From positions 256,001-320,000 of the forward strand of contig JBJOMY010000004.1 of NCBI GenBank assembly GCA_046052125.1: 64,000 nucleotides of DNA, given 5' to 3'. Shown piece by piece: positions 40,041 to 49,298 of this stretch. The first letter of the stretch is position 1, and every line of letters starts with the position of its first letter. A program made the translations under genes and the position numbers. The notes under the pieces are model-generated. The model saw only the letters and a list, made by a program, of their open reading frames with translations. It was not told where the DNA came from and did not search any database. The stretch comes from Cyanobacteriota bacterium. GTDB taxonomy: Bacteria; Cyanobacteriota; Cyanobacteriia; PCC-6307; Cyanobiaceae.

Positions 40041-41357
40041 AGGCGCTTCAGTGATCACCAGTGCCGACCGCTCGCGGGTGAAGATCACCCAGAGCCATTT
40101 GGTGAGCACGGTGAGGCGGTTTTCGGCGTCAGGCATGAAGGCCAGGTGAGCCAGGCCCCAGAGCAACCAGCCGAAGGGGCCGGTGAACTTCAAGCCGCGC
40201 AGGTCAGCCACGGCGAAGAGAGGCCCCACCACCGCCATCGTGCCGAAATCAGTGAAGGCAAAGGGCTGGTGGCTCTGGTTCTGCGTTTTGGCCAGAATGT
40301 CTTTGGCCACCCACACCCCCATCTGCACAGCTGGGCCCGCCATGCCGGGTAGGGGTTTGCCGTCTTTGGTGTGGCTGTAGCTGCAGAGATCACCCACCAC
40401 GCGGATTTCCGGGTGGCCGGGGATCGAGAAATCGGCTTCCACCGGAATGCGGCCGCCGCGATCAATCGCGCATCCGGTGTGATCAGCCAGCAGCTTGCCC
40501 AGGGGTGAAGCGGCCACACCGGCTGTCCAGCAGATCGTTTTGGCCTCCAAGGTCACCTCGGACTCTTGGGTGGTGAGCACCAGCTTTCCGGCTTCGATCG
40601 ATTTCACGCGCCCGCCCAGCAACAGCTCCACACCGCTCCGCCTGAGGTGGTCGCCAGCCGCTTTGGAGAGCTCAGGATCCATGGCGCGCAGCACCCGATC
40701 ACCCGGATCCACCAGGGTGACCTTGCACAGGTTGGGATCGATCTGTTTGAAATCGCGCTCCAGGGTGTGGCGCATCAGGTCGTTGAGGGAGGCCGCCAGC
40801 TCACAGCCGGTGGGGCCACCTCCCACTACAACCACCGATTGCAAGAGGCGCCGCTGTTCTGGATCGGGCGTTTGCTCGGCTTCTTCGAGGGCGCCGAGCA
40901 CACGCTTGCGAATGCCGTAGGCATCCTCCAACGTCTTCATCGGGGTCGCGAACTCAGCCCATTCGTCGTGCCCGAAGAAGGTGCTCGCTGCACCAGCGGC
41001 AACGATCAGGTGGTCGTAGCGCAGGCGCCGTTCGTTGAACACCACCTCCTTGGCGGTGGGATCAATCTCCTCCACTTCCCCCAGCAGGATCTGGATGTTC
41101 GGTGCTTTGCCGAGCATGATCCGTAGCGGCGAGGCCACATCGGTCTGCGACACCAGCCCCGAAGCCACCTGATACAGCATCGGCTGGAACAGGTTGAAAT
41201 TGCGCTTGTCAATCAGCGTCACCCGTACGGTCTTGCCGGCGAGGGTCTGGGCTGCTTTGAGCCCTGCAAATCCAGCGCCCACGATCACCACGTGGGGGGC
41301 ATCCCGTAGCAATTCAGAGGGTGGGGTGAGTTCGAGGAAGAACCGCTCCGGAGCCAT
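40035..41357 (-). CDS. Type-II NAD(P)H:quinone oxidoreductase (NDH-2)
   Basis: GAGFAG, FQPMLYQV, GGGPTGCE, WTAGV, A.PA.QMG. Confidence 0.9.
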   Translation of the reverse strand: MAPERFFLELTPPSELLRDAPHVVIVGAGFAGLKAAQTLAGKTVRVTLIDKRNFNLFQPMLYQVASGLVSQTDVASPLRIMLGKAPNIQILLGEVEEIDPTAKEVVFNERRLRYDHLIVAAGAASTFFGHDEWAEFATPMKTLEDAYGIRKRVLGALEEAEQTPDPEQRRLLQSVVVVGGGPTGCELAASLNDLMRHTLERDFKQIDPNLCKVTLVDPGDRVLRAMDPELSKAAGDHLRRSGVELLLGGRVKSIEAGKLVLTTQESEVTLEAKTICWTAGVAASPLGKLLADHTGCAIDRGGRIPVEADFSIPGHPEIRVVGDLCSYSHTKDGKPLPGMAGPAVQMGVWVAKDILAKTQNQSHQPFAFTDFGTMAVVGPLFAVADLRGLKFTGPFGWLLWGLAHLAFMPDAENRLTVLTKWLWVIFTRERSALVITEAPS

Positions 41358-41402
41358 CAGTGCCAACTGCGTTGGCTTCAAGCTAACGAGACCTGTTCTG
41401 AA

Positions 41403-41780
41403 TCACAGGCCGATCTTTACGTTCACCGGTGCTTTGGGCTGAACGTCGACTTCCATCGGTTTCTCTTCATCGACTTTGACCGTGATCGGATCGGGATTGC
41501 TCACCTGTACCTGAACCGGTGTGGTGTTTTTCACGCTTAGGTCGATCGGGGCATGCTCGGTGACCTGAACTCCCAGATCCCTGGTGGGTTCAATGTTCAC
41601 GCCTTTCGGCATGCTCAACACTCCCTGGACCTGCCCCGACAGCTTGAGGGGCTCAGCAAAGCTATGAACCAATCGCAGTTGGATCGGATGCTGGCTGGTC
41701 CGCACCACCAAGCCGATCACCATGGAGCCGAGGGCTAACACGGTGATCGGCCAGCGCAGCTTCAGCCAGTGGGGTTCCAT
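41403..41780 (-). CDS. Membrane-anchored hypothetical protein with 10-aa quasi-repeats
   Basis: N-terminal TM helix; repeated P-[IVM]-x-[VL]-x-V units. Confidence 0.65.
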   Translation of the reverse strand: MEPHWLKLRWPITVLALGSMVIGLVVRTSQHPIQLRLVHSFAEPLKLSGQVQGVLSMPKGVNIEPTRDLGVQVTEHAPIDLSVKNTTPVQVQVSNPDPITVKVDEEKPMEVDVQPKAPVNVKIGL

Positions 41781-41835
41781 GGGGACCGCGTATCAGTGCC
41801 CCATTCAAGCGAGTGCTGGTCGCCGTTGATCTGGA

Positions 41836-41955
41836 TCAGCGACGACCCAACAGTTCTTCCCAGCTGGGTTGATGGGGGTGCGGCCGTTGTTGTTGCGGTT
41901 GGGGACGGGGGGTGGATGTGTGAGCTGGTCTGTGCGGAGGTGTGTTGATCGTCAT
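41836..41955 (-). CDS. Small protein (39 aa) ending SWEELLGRR
   Basis: Manual translation MTINTPPHRPAHTSTPRPQPQQQRPHPHQPSWEELLGRR*; AC-rich leader upstream. Confidence 0.5.
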   Translation of the reverse strand: MTINTPPHRPAHTSTPRPQPQQQRPHPHQPSWEELLGRR

Positions 41956-42141
41956 GGTTTGTGTCGTGTTGCTTTATCTATCGCCGTGCCTCGATGACAA
42001 CCGAAATGACGGCTGCCTTTTGAACTGCGGTTCGATCTTCGATCGTTTTGCTTGGATCGATCGTTGAGCGGTGCGGCGCGTTGGTGCTCGCCGGCCTGCT
42101 CAAGACATCACCATAGACCCTGTTCGCCGCTTGAACCACCG

Positions 42142-42819
42142 GTGGTTGCGCAACCCGTGTTGATCCTGGGGGGATTTCTGATCACTGATGAGGCCTATCA
42201 GCCGATGTGCAGCTGGCTGCGGCAGCACACGCAGCAGCCCGTTGAGCTGGTGCCGGCCAGCCGCTTCGATTGGCTCCTCACCTCCTGGGCCTTCGGTTGG
42301 CGGCGCTTGCTGGATCGGGTGGCCGCCCGCGCTGAGGCGTTGGCTGCCCATTCCGCCACCGGCCGGGTCACCCTGATCGGCCACAGCTCCGGTGGTGTGA
42401 TGTTGCGGTTGTTCCTGGCGGACGATCTGTTTGCCGGGCGCCGCTACAACGGCAGGCAGTGGGCGAATCGTCTCTACAGCCTGGGTAGCCCCCACACGGC
42501 TGTGCGGGCCACGCCGCTGAGGCAACTGGTGGATCGCCGTTATCCCGGTGCCACCTTCGCCGACACGGTCGACTACGTCTCCGTGGCAGGAGCGTTAAAC
42601 CCTGGGGATGGCTCCGCCCTCAGTGAGCGGATGGCGCCCCGCTCTTATCAGGCGATTGCTGGGCGCAGCGACCTCGATGGCGATGGTCTGGTGCCGGTGC
42701 AGTCGGCGTTGCTGCGGGGATCCGAGGCGATCACGCTGCCGGGCGTGGCCCACGGCGGTGCGTTCGGTGATCGCTGGTATGGCACGCCCGAGGTGGTGCA
42801 GCAGTGGCGGCGCGGCTGA
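42142..42819 (+). CDS. Alpha/beta hydrolase (esterase/lipase)
   Basis: GHSSGG elbow, LGSPH, GDGLVPVQSA, H. Confidence 0.85.
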   Translation: MVAQPVLILGGFLITDEAYQPMCSWLRQHTQQPVELVPASRFDWLLTSWAFGWRRLLDRVAARAEALAAHSATGRVTLIGHSSGGVMLRLFLADDLFAGRRYNGRQWANRLYSLGSPHTAVRATPLRQLVDRRYPGATFADTVDYVSVAGALNPGDGSALSERMAPRSYQAIAGRSDLDGDGLVPVQSALLRGSEAITLPGVAHGGAFGDRWYGTPEVVQQWRRG

Positions 42820-42823
42820 CCCC

Positions 42824-44365
42824 TCAGCTGCGCTCAAGCCGCTCCAGGCTAGGAATCAGGGCCACGGCTGCCACGATCCCCAGCGCCAGGATCAGCAGGG
42901 CTGGCACCAGAGCGGCACCCACCCGTTCATCGCTGCCGTACTGATACACCCGCACCGCCAGGGTGTCGAAGTCGAACGGGCGCAGAGCAAAGGTGAGCGG
43001 CAGTTCCTTCACCGTGTCCACGAACACCAGCAGGGCTCCCACCAGCAGGGGGCCGCGCAGCAGGGGCAGGTGCACCCGTTGCAGCACCCCCAGCCAGCTG
43101 TTGCCCAAGGAGGTGGCGGCCTCATCCACGCTCGGTGGAATGCGCTCGAGGGCTGCATCCAACCCGCCTTTCGACACCGCCAGGAAGCGATCCGCGTAGC
43201 CCCACACCAACAGCAGCAGCGGTGCCAGGGCCAGGGGACCCCCGATCAGCATCAGCGCCAGGGCGAGCACCGTGCCGGGGATGGCGTAGCCGAGGCCCGA
43301 GATGAAGGTGAGGCGTTGCAGCAGGGCGTTGGGGATCCAGCGTTTGGCAATGGCCAACAGCAGCCCTCCCGCCACGGTGAGGGCAGCGGCAAGCAGCGCT
43401 AGGCCAAAGCTGCGGCTGCCGAGGGCCAATAGTTCGCTGCTGTCTTCGCTGCGGATTTGATCCCAGCTGAGTGCGGCCCAGAGCAGGGGCAGCCCGAGGG
43501 TGATCAGCGGCGGTACCGCGCAAAGCGCTTGGCTGAGCCAGCGCCGCTGGGTGGTGAGAGTCCACTGGGGATCCGCATCACCATCGCTGCCCAGGTTCCA
43601 GCAGCGGCTGCGTTGGCGCAGGCTGCGCTCGGCCCCCACCAGCAACGCCACGATCACCAGTGCCATCAGGGCCAGCGCAACAGAGCCCTGGGGATCACCG
43701 TCCTGCTGCCAGCGCATCAAGATGCCGCTGGAGAGTGTGGGGACGCCGAGCAGTTGCACGGCACCGAGTTCATTCACCACCTCCATGCCCCCCAGGGCCA
43801 CTCCGGCTCCGATGGCCGGCAGGGCCATCGGCAGGGCCACCCGCCAGAAGCTGCCCCAGGGGCCAACCCCCAGGCTGCGGCAGGCTTCCAGTTGGCGACG
43901 CCCGCTCACCGAGAAGCTCTCGGTGGAGAGCAGAAACACGTAGCTGTAGGTGCTGAGCACCAGCACGATCAGCGTGGGGAGGAAGCCATGCACCCGCAGG
44001 CTGAAGCGACTGCCGAGGTCAATCCAAGTGGCAGCCAGCAGATAACTCGGTGTGGCCAAGGGCAAGAGCTGGGCGATGCGCAGCCAGCGGCGCCCGGGGA
44101 AGGCGCAGCGGGCAGTGATCCAGCCGTTGGCGGTGCCGAGCACCGCGCTGAGGAGGCCCACCAGCGCCACAAGAGCCAGGGTGTTGCGCACCTGTGCCGG
44201 GCCATCGCTGCCCAGGTCAAACGAAATCCCGGTTCCGGCCCCGAAGGCAAACCAGCCCAGCCCAAACACAGGAGCCAGTGCCATGGCGCAGAGCAGCAGC
44301 ACAACCGCTGCCAGCACGCTGCGATGGGGGCGACGCGACGGAGCCTGAACGCTGAAGGGAACCAT
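42824..44365 (-). CDS. futB: Fe(III) ABC transporter permease
   Basis: Two EAA-like loops, LPLATPSY, GYAIPGTV, KELPLTFALRPFDFDTLA. Confidence 0.9.
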   Translation of the reverse strand: MVPFSVQAPSRRPHRSVLAAVVLLLCAMALAPVFGLGWFAFGAGTGISFDLGSDGPAQVRNTLALVALVGLLSAVLGTANGWITARCAFPGRRWLRIAQLLPLATPSYLLAATWIDLGSRFSLRVHGFLPTLIVLVLSTYSYVFLLSTESFSVSGRRQLEACRSLGVGPWGSFWRVALPMALPAIGAGVALGGMEVVNELGAVQLLGVPTLSSGILMRWQQDGDPQGSVALALMALVIVALLVGAERSLRQRSRCWNLGSDGDADPQWTLTTQRRWLSQALCAVPPLITLGLPLLWAALSWDQIRSEDSSELLALGSRSFGLALLAAALTVAGGLLLAIAKRWIPNALLQRLTFISGLGYAIPGTVLALALMLIGGPLALAPLLLLVWGYADRFLAVSKGGLDAALERIPPSVDEAATSLGNSWLGVLQRVHLPLLRGPLLVGALLVFVDTVKELPLTFALRPFDFDTLAVRVYQYGSDERVGAALVPALLILALGIVAAVALIPSLERLERS

Positions 44366-44405
44366 GGGCAAAAAGCCTACGGGGCGGGGCCTTTGCACCG
44401 TTTGG

Positions 44406-44421
44406 TGTAACCAATGTCACA
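44406..44421. promoter_or_regulatory. Crp/Fnr-family binding site candidate between futB and futA
   Basis: TGTAA-CCAATG-TCACA versus CRP consensus TGTGA-N6-TCACA. Confidence 0.55.
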
Positions 44422-44502
44422 CCCTGGCGTGGGCAATGATCGCCGGGCTGCAGGAGGGGGCGGCACCCTGTCCATAGTGCCCTGCAGCGTTGTTCTGATC
44501 CT

Positions 44503-45567
44503 TTGAACTCCTCTCTTCTGCGAACGCTGCGGCAACCGGAGCGCTTGGGTGCGCTGGTCCTGCTGGCGGTGAGCGCGGCAGGCGCGGCGATCGCCTCCAT
44601 CGGTGTGGAAACGGCCCAGGCCCAGATCCAGGAGATCGGCGTGTACTCCGGCCGCCACTACAACACCGATAAGAAGCTCTATCAGGAGTTCACGGCGCGC
44701 ACCGGCATCAAGGTGCGCTTGCTGGAAGCCAAGGACGACGCCCTGATTGAGCGGGTGCGCACCGAGGGCAAGAACAGTCCGGCGGATGTGCTGGTGCTGG
44801 TAGATGCCGCTCGGCTCGACAAGGCGGCCGACATGGGCCTGTTCCGGGCAAGCCCGTCCGCGGCTCTGTTGCGCGATGTGCCCCTGAATCTGCGGGACGC
44901 CAAAGGTCGCTGGTATGGCCTCACCCGCCGGGTGCGCGTGGCGGTCGTGAATCCGAAGCTGGTGAACCCAGCCAGCATCCGCACCTACGCCGATTTGGCG
45001 AATCCCGCCTTCAAAGGAAAGCTCTGCCTGCGCGACAGCAAGAGCGTTTACAACCAGTCGTTGGTGGCCGACCAGATGATCCTGCGCGGCGATGCAGCTG
45101 CCGCGAAGTGGGTGAAAGGGATGACGACCAACGTGACCAAGCCGTATTTCACCTCTGACACCCCCCTGATCCGCGCCGTTGCCAACGGTGAGTGCGGTGT
45201 GGGCCTGGTGAACACCTACTACGTGGCGCGGATGCTCTCCGGTGAGAGTGGTGCCGCCGACAAGGCTCTGGCCAGCAAGTTGAAGGTGGTCTTCCCCAAT
45301 CCCGCCCACGTGAACATCAGTGGAGCCGGTGTGGTGAAAACCTCCAAGAACCCCCAGGCGGCCCTGAAGCTGATTGAGTTTCTGGCTTCGCCGAGCGGCG
45401 GCCGCGGCTATGCCGAGGCCAATCACGAATACCCGCTCAAGGGCTACGGCAATAACCCCATCCTCAAGCGCTTCGGCAGTTTCAAGGCCGATGGGGTTTC
45501 TGCCGAGCAGATGGGCGCCAAGAACAAGGCGGCCGTGCAGCTGATGGCCCGCAACGGCTGGAAGTAA
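44503..45567 (+). CDS. futA: Fe(III) ABC substrate-binding protein (FutA/IdiA)
   Basis: YSGRHYNTD, SPADV, YNQSL, VNTYY, HVNISG, NHEYP. Confidence 0.92.
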   Translation: MNSSLLRTLRQPERLGALVLLAVSAAGAAIASIGVETAQAQIQEIGVYSGRHYNTDKKLYQEFTARTGIKVRLLEAKDDALIERVRTEGKNSPADVLVLVDAARLDKAADMGLFRASPSAALLRDVPLNLRDAKGRWYGLTRRVRVAVVNPKLVNPASIRTYADLANPAFKGKLCLRDSKSVYNQSLVADQMILRGDAAAAKWVKGMTTNVTKPYFTSDTPLIRAVANGECGVGLVNTYYVARMLSGESGAADKALASKLKVVFPNPAHVNISGAGVVKTSKNPQAALKLIEFLASPSGGRGYAEANHEYPLKGYGNNPILKRFGSFKADGVSAEQMGAKNKAAVQLMARNGWK

Positions 45568-45716
45568 GGCGCTTGCACGGGGGAGCGTGGTGTTGAGCCG
45601 CCTGCACCGCACCCCCATGAGCCGCCCTGAGCTCATGCTCAAGGTGGCTTTGTTGTGCCAAGAAGCACCCGCTTCCCCATCGACCGCCCCAGCCCGGTTC
45701 GCAGCTAACAGTTGTT

Positions 45717-45774
45717 ATTGAGAATCGCTTGCAAAAAGCTCGGGACCTTCTCTACATTGCGACGCATTCGCAAT
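45717..45774. promoter_or_regulatory. Two Fur-box-like sites upstream of the Crp regulator
   Basis: ATTGAGAATCGCTTGCAAA (45717-45735) and perfect inverted repeat ATTGCGA-CGCAT-TCGCAAT (45756-45774). Confidence 0.55.
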
Positions 45775-45796
45775 TAGCCCTGGCTGCTCCGGGTTC

Positions 45797-46393
45797 ATGA
45801 GCTTCCGTTCCTCGATCGATACCCCTGTCAACGCCGTGCGCATGCCCGTGGGGCAAACCGTGCTGCTCGATCCCGCCCTGCGCCCGGAGGGCAGCTGCAT
45901 TGAGGTGCTGGAGGGGATGGCCCGCGTGTATTGCCCCTGTGAGGAAACCGAGGGCATGACCCTGGCGTTCCTGCAGCCCGGCGATCAGCTGCGCACCGAT
46001 CGCCTCTGCAGTGAAGGGGTGTGCGTGGAGGCGCTCACCCCGCTGTTGTTCAGCACTGAAGCTCGCCCCTCCGCCGCGTCTGGTTTCGACCCGGTGAATG
46101 AGTGGACACTGCAGCTGCTGCGCATCCGCCACCTGGGCAATGCCGAGCAGCGCTTGCATGCGCTGCTGAGTTTGCTGGTGCGGCGCCTGGGCCGGCGCCG
46201 CGGCGATTGGTGCGATCTGCCCTTCCGGCTCACCCACGAACGCATCGGCGAGCTGATCGGCGCAACACGGGTCACCACCACCCGCATGATCTCCAAAATT
46301 CGCCAGGCACAGCTGATCGAGGTGCCGGCGGGAGACACCTGCCTGCGCCTGGCTCCTGAGCTGGTGGAATCGGCGCCGCTGGCGGCGGCCTGA
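45797..46393 (+). CDS. Crp/Fnr family regulator (IdiB-like by context)
   Basis: LTHERIGELIGATRVTTTR HTH; adjacent to futA. Confidence 0.85.
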   Translation: MSFRSSIDTPVNAVRMPVGQTVLLDPALRPEGSCIEVLEGMARVYCPCEETEGMTLAFLQPGDQLRTDRLCSEGVCVEALTPLLFSTEARPSAASGFDPVNEWTLQLLRIRHLGNAEQRLHALLSLLVRRLGRRRGDWCDLPFRLTHERIGELIGATRVTTTRMISKIRQAQLIEVPAGDTCLRLAPELVESAPLAAA

Positions 46394-46396
46394 GGG

Positions 46397-46639
46397 CTAG
46401 TCCTCAGGGTCTTCAGGAAATTCCCTGTGGTGCAGGGCCTTCAGCTGGTCGGCCTCAAAGCGCCGCCTGTCCTCCTCCTGCCGCCTCAGGGCTTTGGCCA
46501 TCGGGCACCAGTCTTCGAAGGGGGGCTCGTTGAGCCTGTAGCTGCCGAACTCAGCCCGCATGCGCTCCATGCACTCCAACGAGCAGTGCTCAGGGAAGCG
46601 CGGGCAGTGCTCGACGGGCTGCGTGGTGGGTTCGGCCAT
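46397..46639 (-). CDS. Small Cys-containing hypothetical protein
   Basis: ATG 7 nt after tauE stop; four Cys. Confidence 0.55.
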   Translation of the reverse strand: MAEPTTQPVEHCPRFPEHCSLECMERMRAEFGSYRLNEPPFEDWCPMAKALRRQEEDRRRFEADQLKALHHREFPEDPED

Positions 46640-46646
46640 GGGCTGA

Positions 46647-47483
46647 TCAGCAGCGGATCTGCTTGATTCTCTGCCCACTAGCCAGGGTTTGGGCCTTGTC
46701 CTGGTGCGGGGCTTCCGGCTGGCGTTTCCAGGCCTCCAGACCGCTCATCAGTGCTGAGCTGATCAGCAAGATCGAGAAGCCCTGGCGCAGGCGGTGCTCG
46801 CTCAGGCGGGGCGCCAGCCATTGGCCCACCACTGCACCCAGGGCGCCGCCCGCAAGCAGAGGCAGCATCAGCGGCAGGCTCCGCTCCGGCCAATGCCCGA
46901 GGGCGGCAAGGGCCACAAGGGCATTCACGGCGATCAGTAACAGGCTGGTGCCACTGGCCAGCTGCATCGGCAGGCCCGCCAGAAGCACGAGGGCCGGCAC
47001 GATCGCGAACCCTCCACCAACTCCGGCAATCCCAGTGAGCAGGCCGACCAGAACACCCTGAAGGGCCAGAAGAGCTGGGCGTTGCTTGGCGGCGGTGTTG
47101 GCAGCTTGGCTGCTTTGGCCGCGGCTGAGTAGCCAGGACGCCACCAGGGCTGCCGCACTGAAGACCCCCAACTGCACCCCTTCAGGGATCAGGCCGGCCT
47201 TCACCCAACTCCCCCCAAGCCAGCTGCCTGCCAGGGCGGGAACGCCGAGGATCAGTGCCGGCTTGAAGGCGAATTGGCCGCGGCGCACATAGGGCCCCAG
47301 GTTCGCCAGGGCCAGCAGGATCACCACCAGCAACGACAGGGGCACTGCTTCGCGGGTGGGTAGTGCGGCGCCGCTCACCAGCAAGGGGAGCAACAGGATT
47401 GAGCCGCCTGCTCCCAGTACGGAGAGCAGGAATCCAATCAGCCCACCGCCCAGCCCCAGCAGCAACAAAGCGCTGAGGGCCAT
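46647..47483 (-). CDS. Sulfite exporter TauE/SafE family
   Basis: GAGGSILL, GVGGGFAIVP, ASGTSL. Confidence 0.88.
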   Translation of the reverse strand: MALSALLLLGLGGGLIGFLLSVLGAGGSILLLPLLVSGAALPTREAVPLSLLVVILLALANLGPYVRRGQFAFKPALILGVPALAGSWLGGSWVKAGLIPEGVQLGVFSAAALVASWLLSRGQSSQAANTAAKQRPALLALQGVLVGLLTGIAGVGGGFAIVPALVLLAGLPMQLASGTSLLLIAVNALVALAALGHWPERSLPLMLPLLAGGALGAVVGQWLAPRLSEHRLRQGFSILLISSALMSGLEAWKRQPEAPHQDKAQTLASGQRIKQIRC

Positions 47484-48004
47484 CAGGGCGACACCCGATT
47501 CCAGGGCATCACGGCCAGCAGTCGCGCCATGCCGCAGAAGCCGCTCACGCCGGCGAAGGTGAGCCCGGCTCCCACGAACCAGGCGATCGCGATCCAGCCG
47601 GGAGCCACGGTGTTACTGAGAATCAGGCCCAGCAGGATCAGCGAACCGGCGGCGATCTGCACCTGGCGCATCAGGGGCAGCGGAGCGTTCTTGAGCTTGC
47701 GCACCGGGTAGCTGGCCTGCTCCCAGGCGGGCAAGCCGCCGGCGAGGTCGGCCACGGGATGGGGGTGGCCGCGATCGAGCAGGCGGTTGAGGCCTTGGGC
47801 GCTGCGCTTGCCGCTCTGGCACACCAACACCAGCGGGCCCTGGGGCAGGTCGGCCTGATGCAACCGGCTCAGGGGCAGGTTGAGGCTCCCGGCGATGTGG
47901 CCGCTGGCGTATTCCATGGGCTCACGCACATCGATCACGGTGATGCGCTGGCTGGCCAGCTGCTCAGCGAGGTCGTGGGCGGAAATGCTTCGGGTGGAGG
48001 TCAT
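47483..48004 (-). CDS. Rhodanese + DUF2892 (YgaP-like) membrane sulfurtransferase
   Basis: IDVREPMEY..GHI, CQSGKRS, RQVQIAAG...GFCGMARLL..MPWN. Confidence 0.88.
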   Translation of the reverse strand: MTSTRSISAHDLAEQLASQRITVIDVREPMEYASGHIAGSLNLPLSRLHQADLPQGPLVLVCQSGKRSAQGLNRLLDRGHPHPVADLAGGLPAWEQASYPVRKLKNAPLPLMRQVQIAAGSLILLGLILSNTVAPGWIAIAWFVGAGLTFAGVSGFCGMARLLAVMPWNRVSP

Positions 48005-48044
48005 GGGACGTCGGATGCAAATGGAATCACGGTGCGGCTGCCGA

Positions 48045-49163
48045 TCAGCCGTGGGCTCTGGCCAGGGGGTAGCCCTCATCGCTCCAGCGGCTCAGGCCGC
48101 CGCGCAGGTTGGCCACCTCGCCAAAGCCCTCTTTGAGCAGCTGCTGGGTGGCGAGGGCTGAGCGGCTGCCGGAATGACACACCACCACCAGCGGTTTGCC
48201 GGAAGGAATCTCCTGGCGGCGGTGCTCCAGCTCCGGCAGGGGGATGTTGAGGCTGCCGCTGATGTGGCCATCGGGGCCTTGCAGCTCCTCCGGGCTGCGC
48301 ACATCGAGGATCGTGAGCTCCTGCTGATGCGCCGCGACCCAGGCGGGTGCGAGTTCGGGCAGACCGGCATAGCTGCGTTGAACCGGTGCCCAGGCCGCAC
48401 CCGCCTGCTCCTCCCGCGGTTTGCCGGAGCGCAGGTTGCCCGGCAGGGCCTCCGCGATCTTGTGAGGGTGCGGGAGCTTCATGTTCTCCATGTGGCCCAC
48501 GAAGTCGCGCTCGGTGGCGGCGCCGCCGAGGCGGGCATTGAAAGCTTTTTCTTCCGCGACTGATGTCACGGTGCGGCCGGTGTAGTCGTGACCCGGGTAG
48601 AGCAAGCAGGAATCGGGCAGCGAGAAAAGTTGCTCGGTGATCGATCGCCACAGGGTGTGGGCATCGCCCTGCTGGAAGTCGCAACGGCCGCAACCGCGCA
48701 CCAGCAGCGCATCGCCGCTGAAGGCCATCGAGTGGTCGTCGAGCACGAAGCTGATGCAGCCATCGGTGTGGCCGGGGGTGCTGCGCACCTCCAGGAAGCG
48801 GTTGCCGAACGCGACGCGATCACCGTGCGACAAGGGCTGGGTGACGTTTTCGGCGCGGGCGGCGGCGGCCAGGCCAATGGCGCAGCCGGTGGCTTGGTGC
48901 ATCAGCCAGCTGCCGGTCACATGGTCGGCATGGGCGTGGGTGTCGATTGAAGCCATGAGCTCGATCCCCAGTTCCTGGATCAGCGAGAAGTCACGGCTGT
49001 GTTGTTCGAACACCGGATCGATCAACACCCCCTGGCGGCTCGTTACGTCGGCGAGCAGGTAGGTGAAGGTGCCGGTGGCGGCGTCGAACAGCTGGCGGAA
49101 CAGCAGCTGGCTGCCGCCGGCTGCTGCGGCCAGGGAGACCGGAGCGCGGGAGGTCACTGCCAT
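48045..49163 (-). CDS. Persulfide dioxygenase (ETHE1-like)-rhodanese fusion
   Basis: THAHADHVTG, TPGHT, RGCGRCDF, YPGHDY; C-terminal CHSGSRS. Confidence 0.9.
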   Translation of the reverse strand: MAVTSRAPVSLAAAAGGSQLLFRQLFDAATGTFTYLLADVTSRQGVLIDPVFEQHSRDFSLIQELGIELMASIDTHAHADHVTGSWLMHQATGCAIGLAAAARAENVTQPLSHGDRVAFGNRFLEVRSTPGHTDGCISFVLDDHSMAFSGDALLVRGCGRCDFQQGDAHTLWRSITEQLFSLPDSCLLYPGHDYTGRTVTSVAEEKAFNARLGGAATERDFVGHMENMKLPHPHKIAEALPGNLRSGKPREEQAGAAWAPVQRSYAGLPELAPAWVAAHQQELTILDVRSPEELQGPDGHISGSLNIPLPELEHRRQEIPSGKPLVVVCHSGSRSALATQQLLKEGFGEVANLRGGLSRWSDEGYPLARAHG

Positions 49164-49298
49164 GGGTGAACCATCACACAGTGGTATGACGTTAAACGCA
49201 TAAGCGCGTCTTGCGCAAGTGCGCCTGAGGCTTGGTCTTGGCGCTGGTGTGCCTTGGAGGTGGCGGGCATAATGCGCCTATCGACATACATGCGTGTC

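Noticed and set aside
21445..42100. att-like duplicate of the tRNA-Leu 3' end
   Set aside because: No second copy of GGTTCAAGTCCCCCTGCTCCCA found by eye; a degenerate copy cannot be excluded
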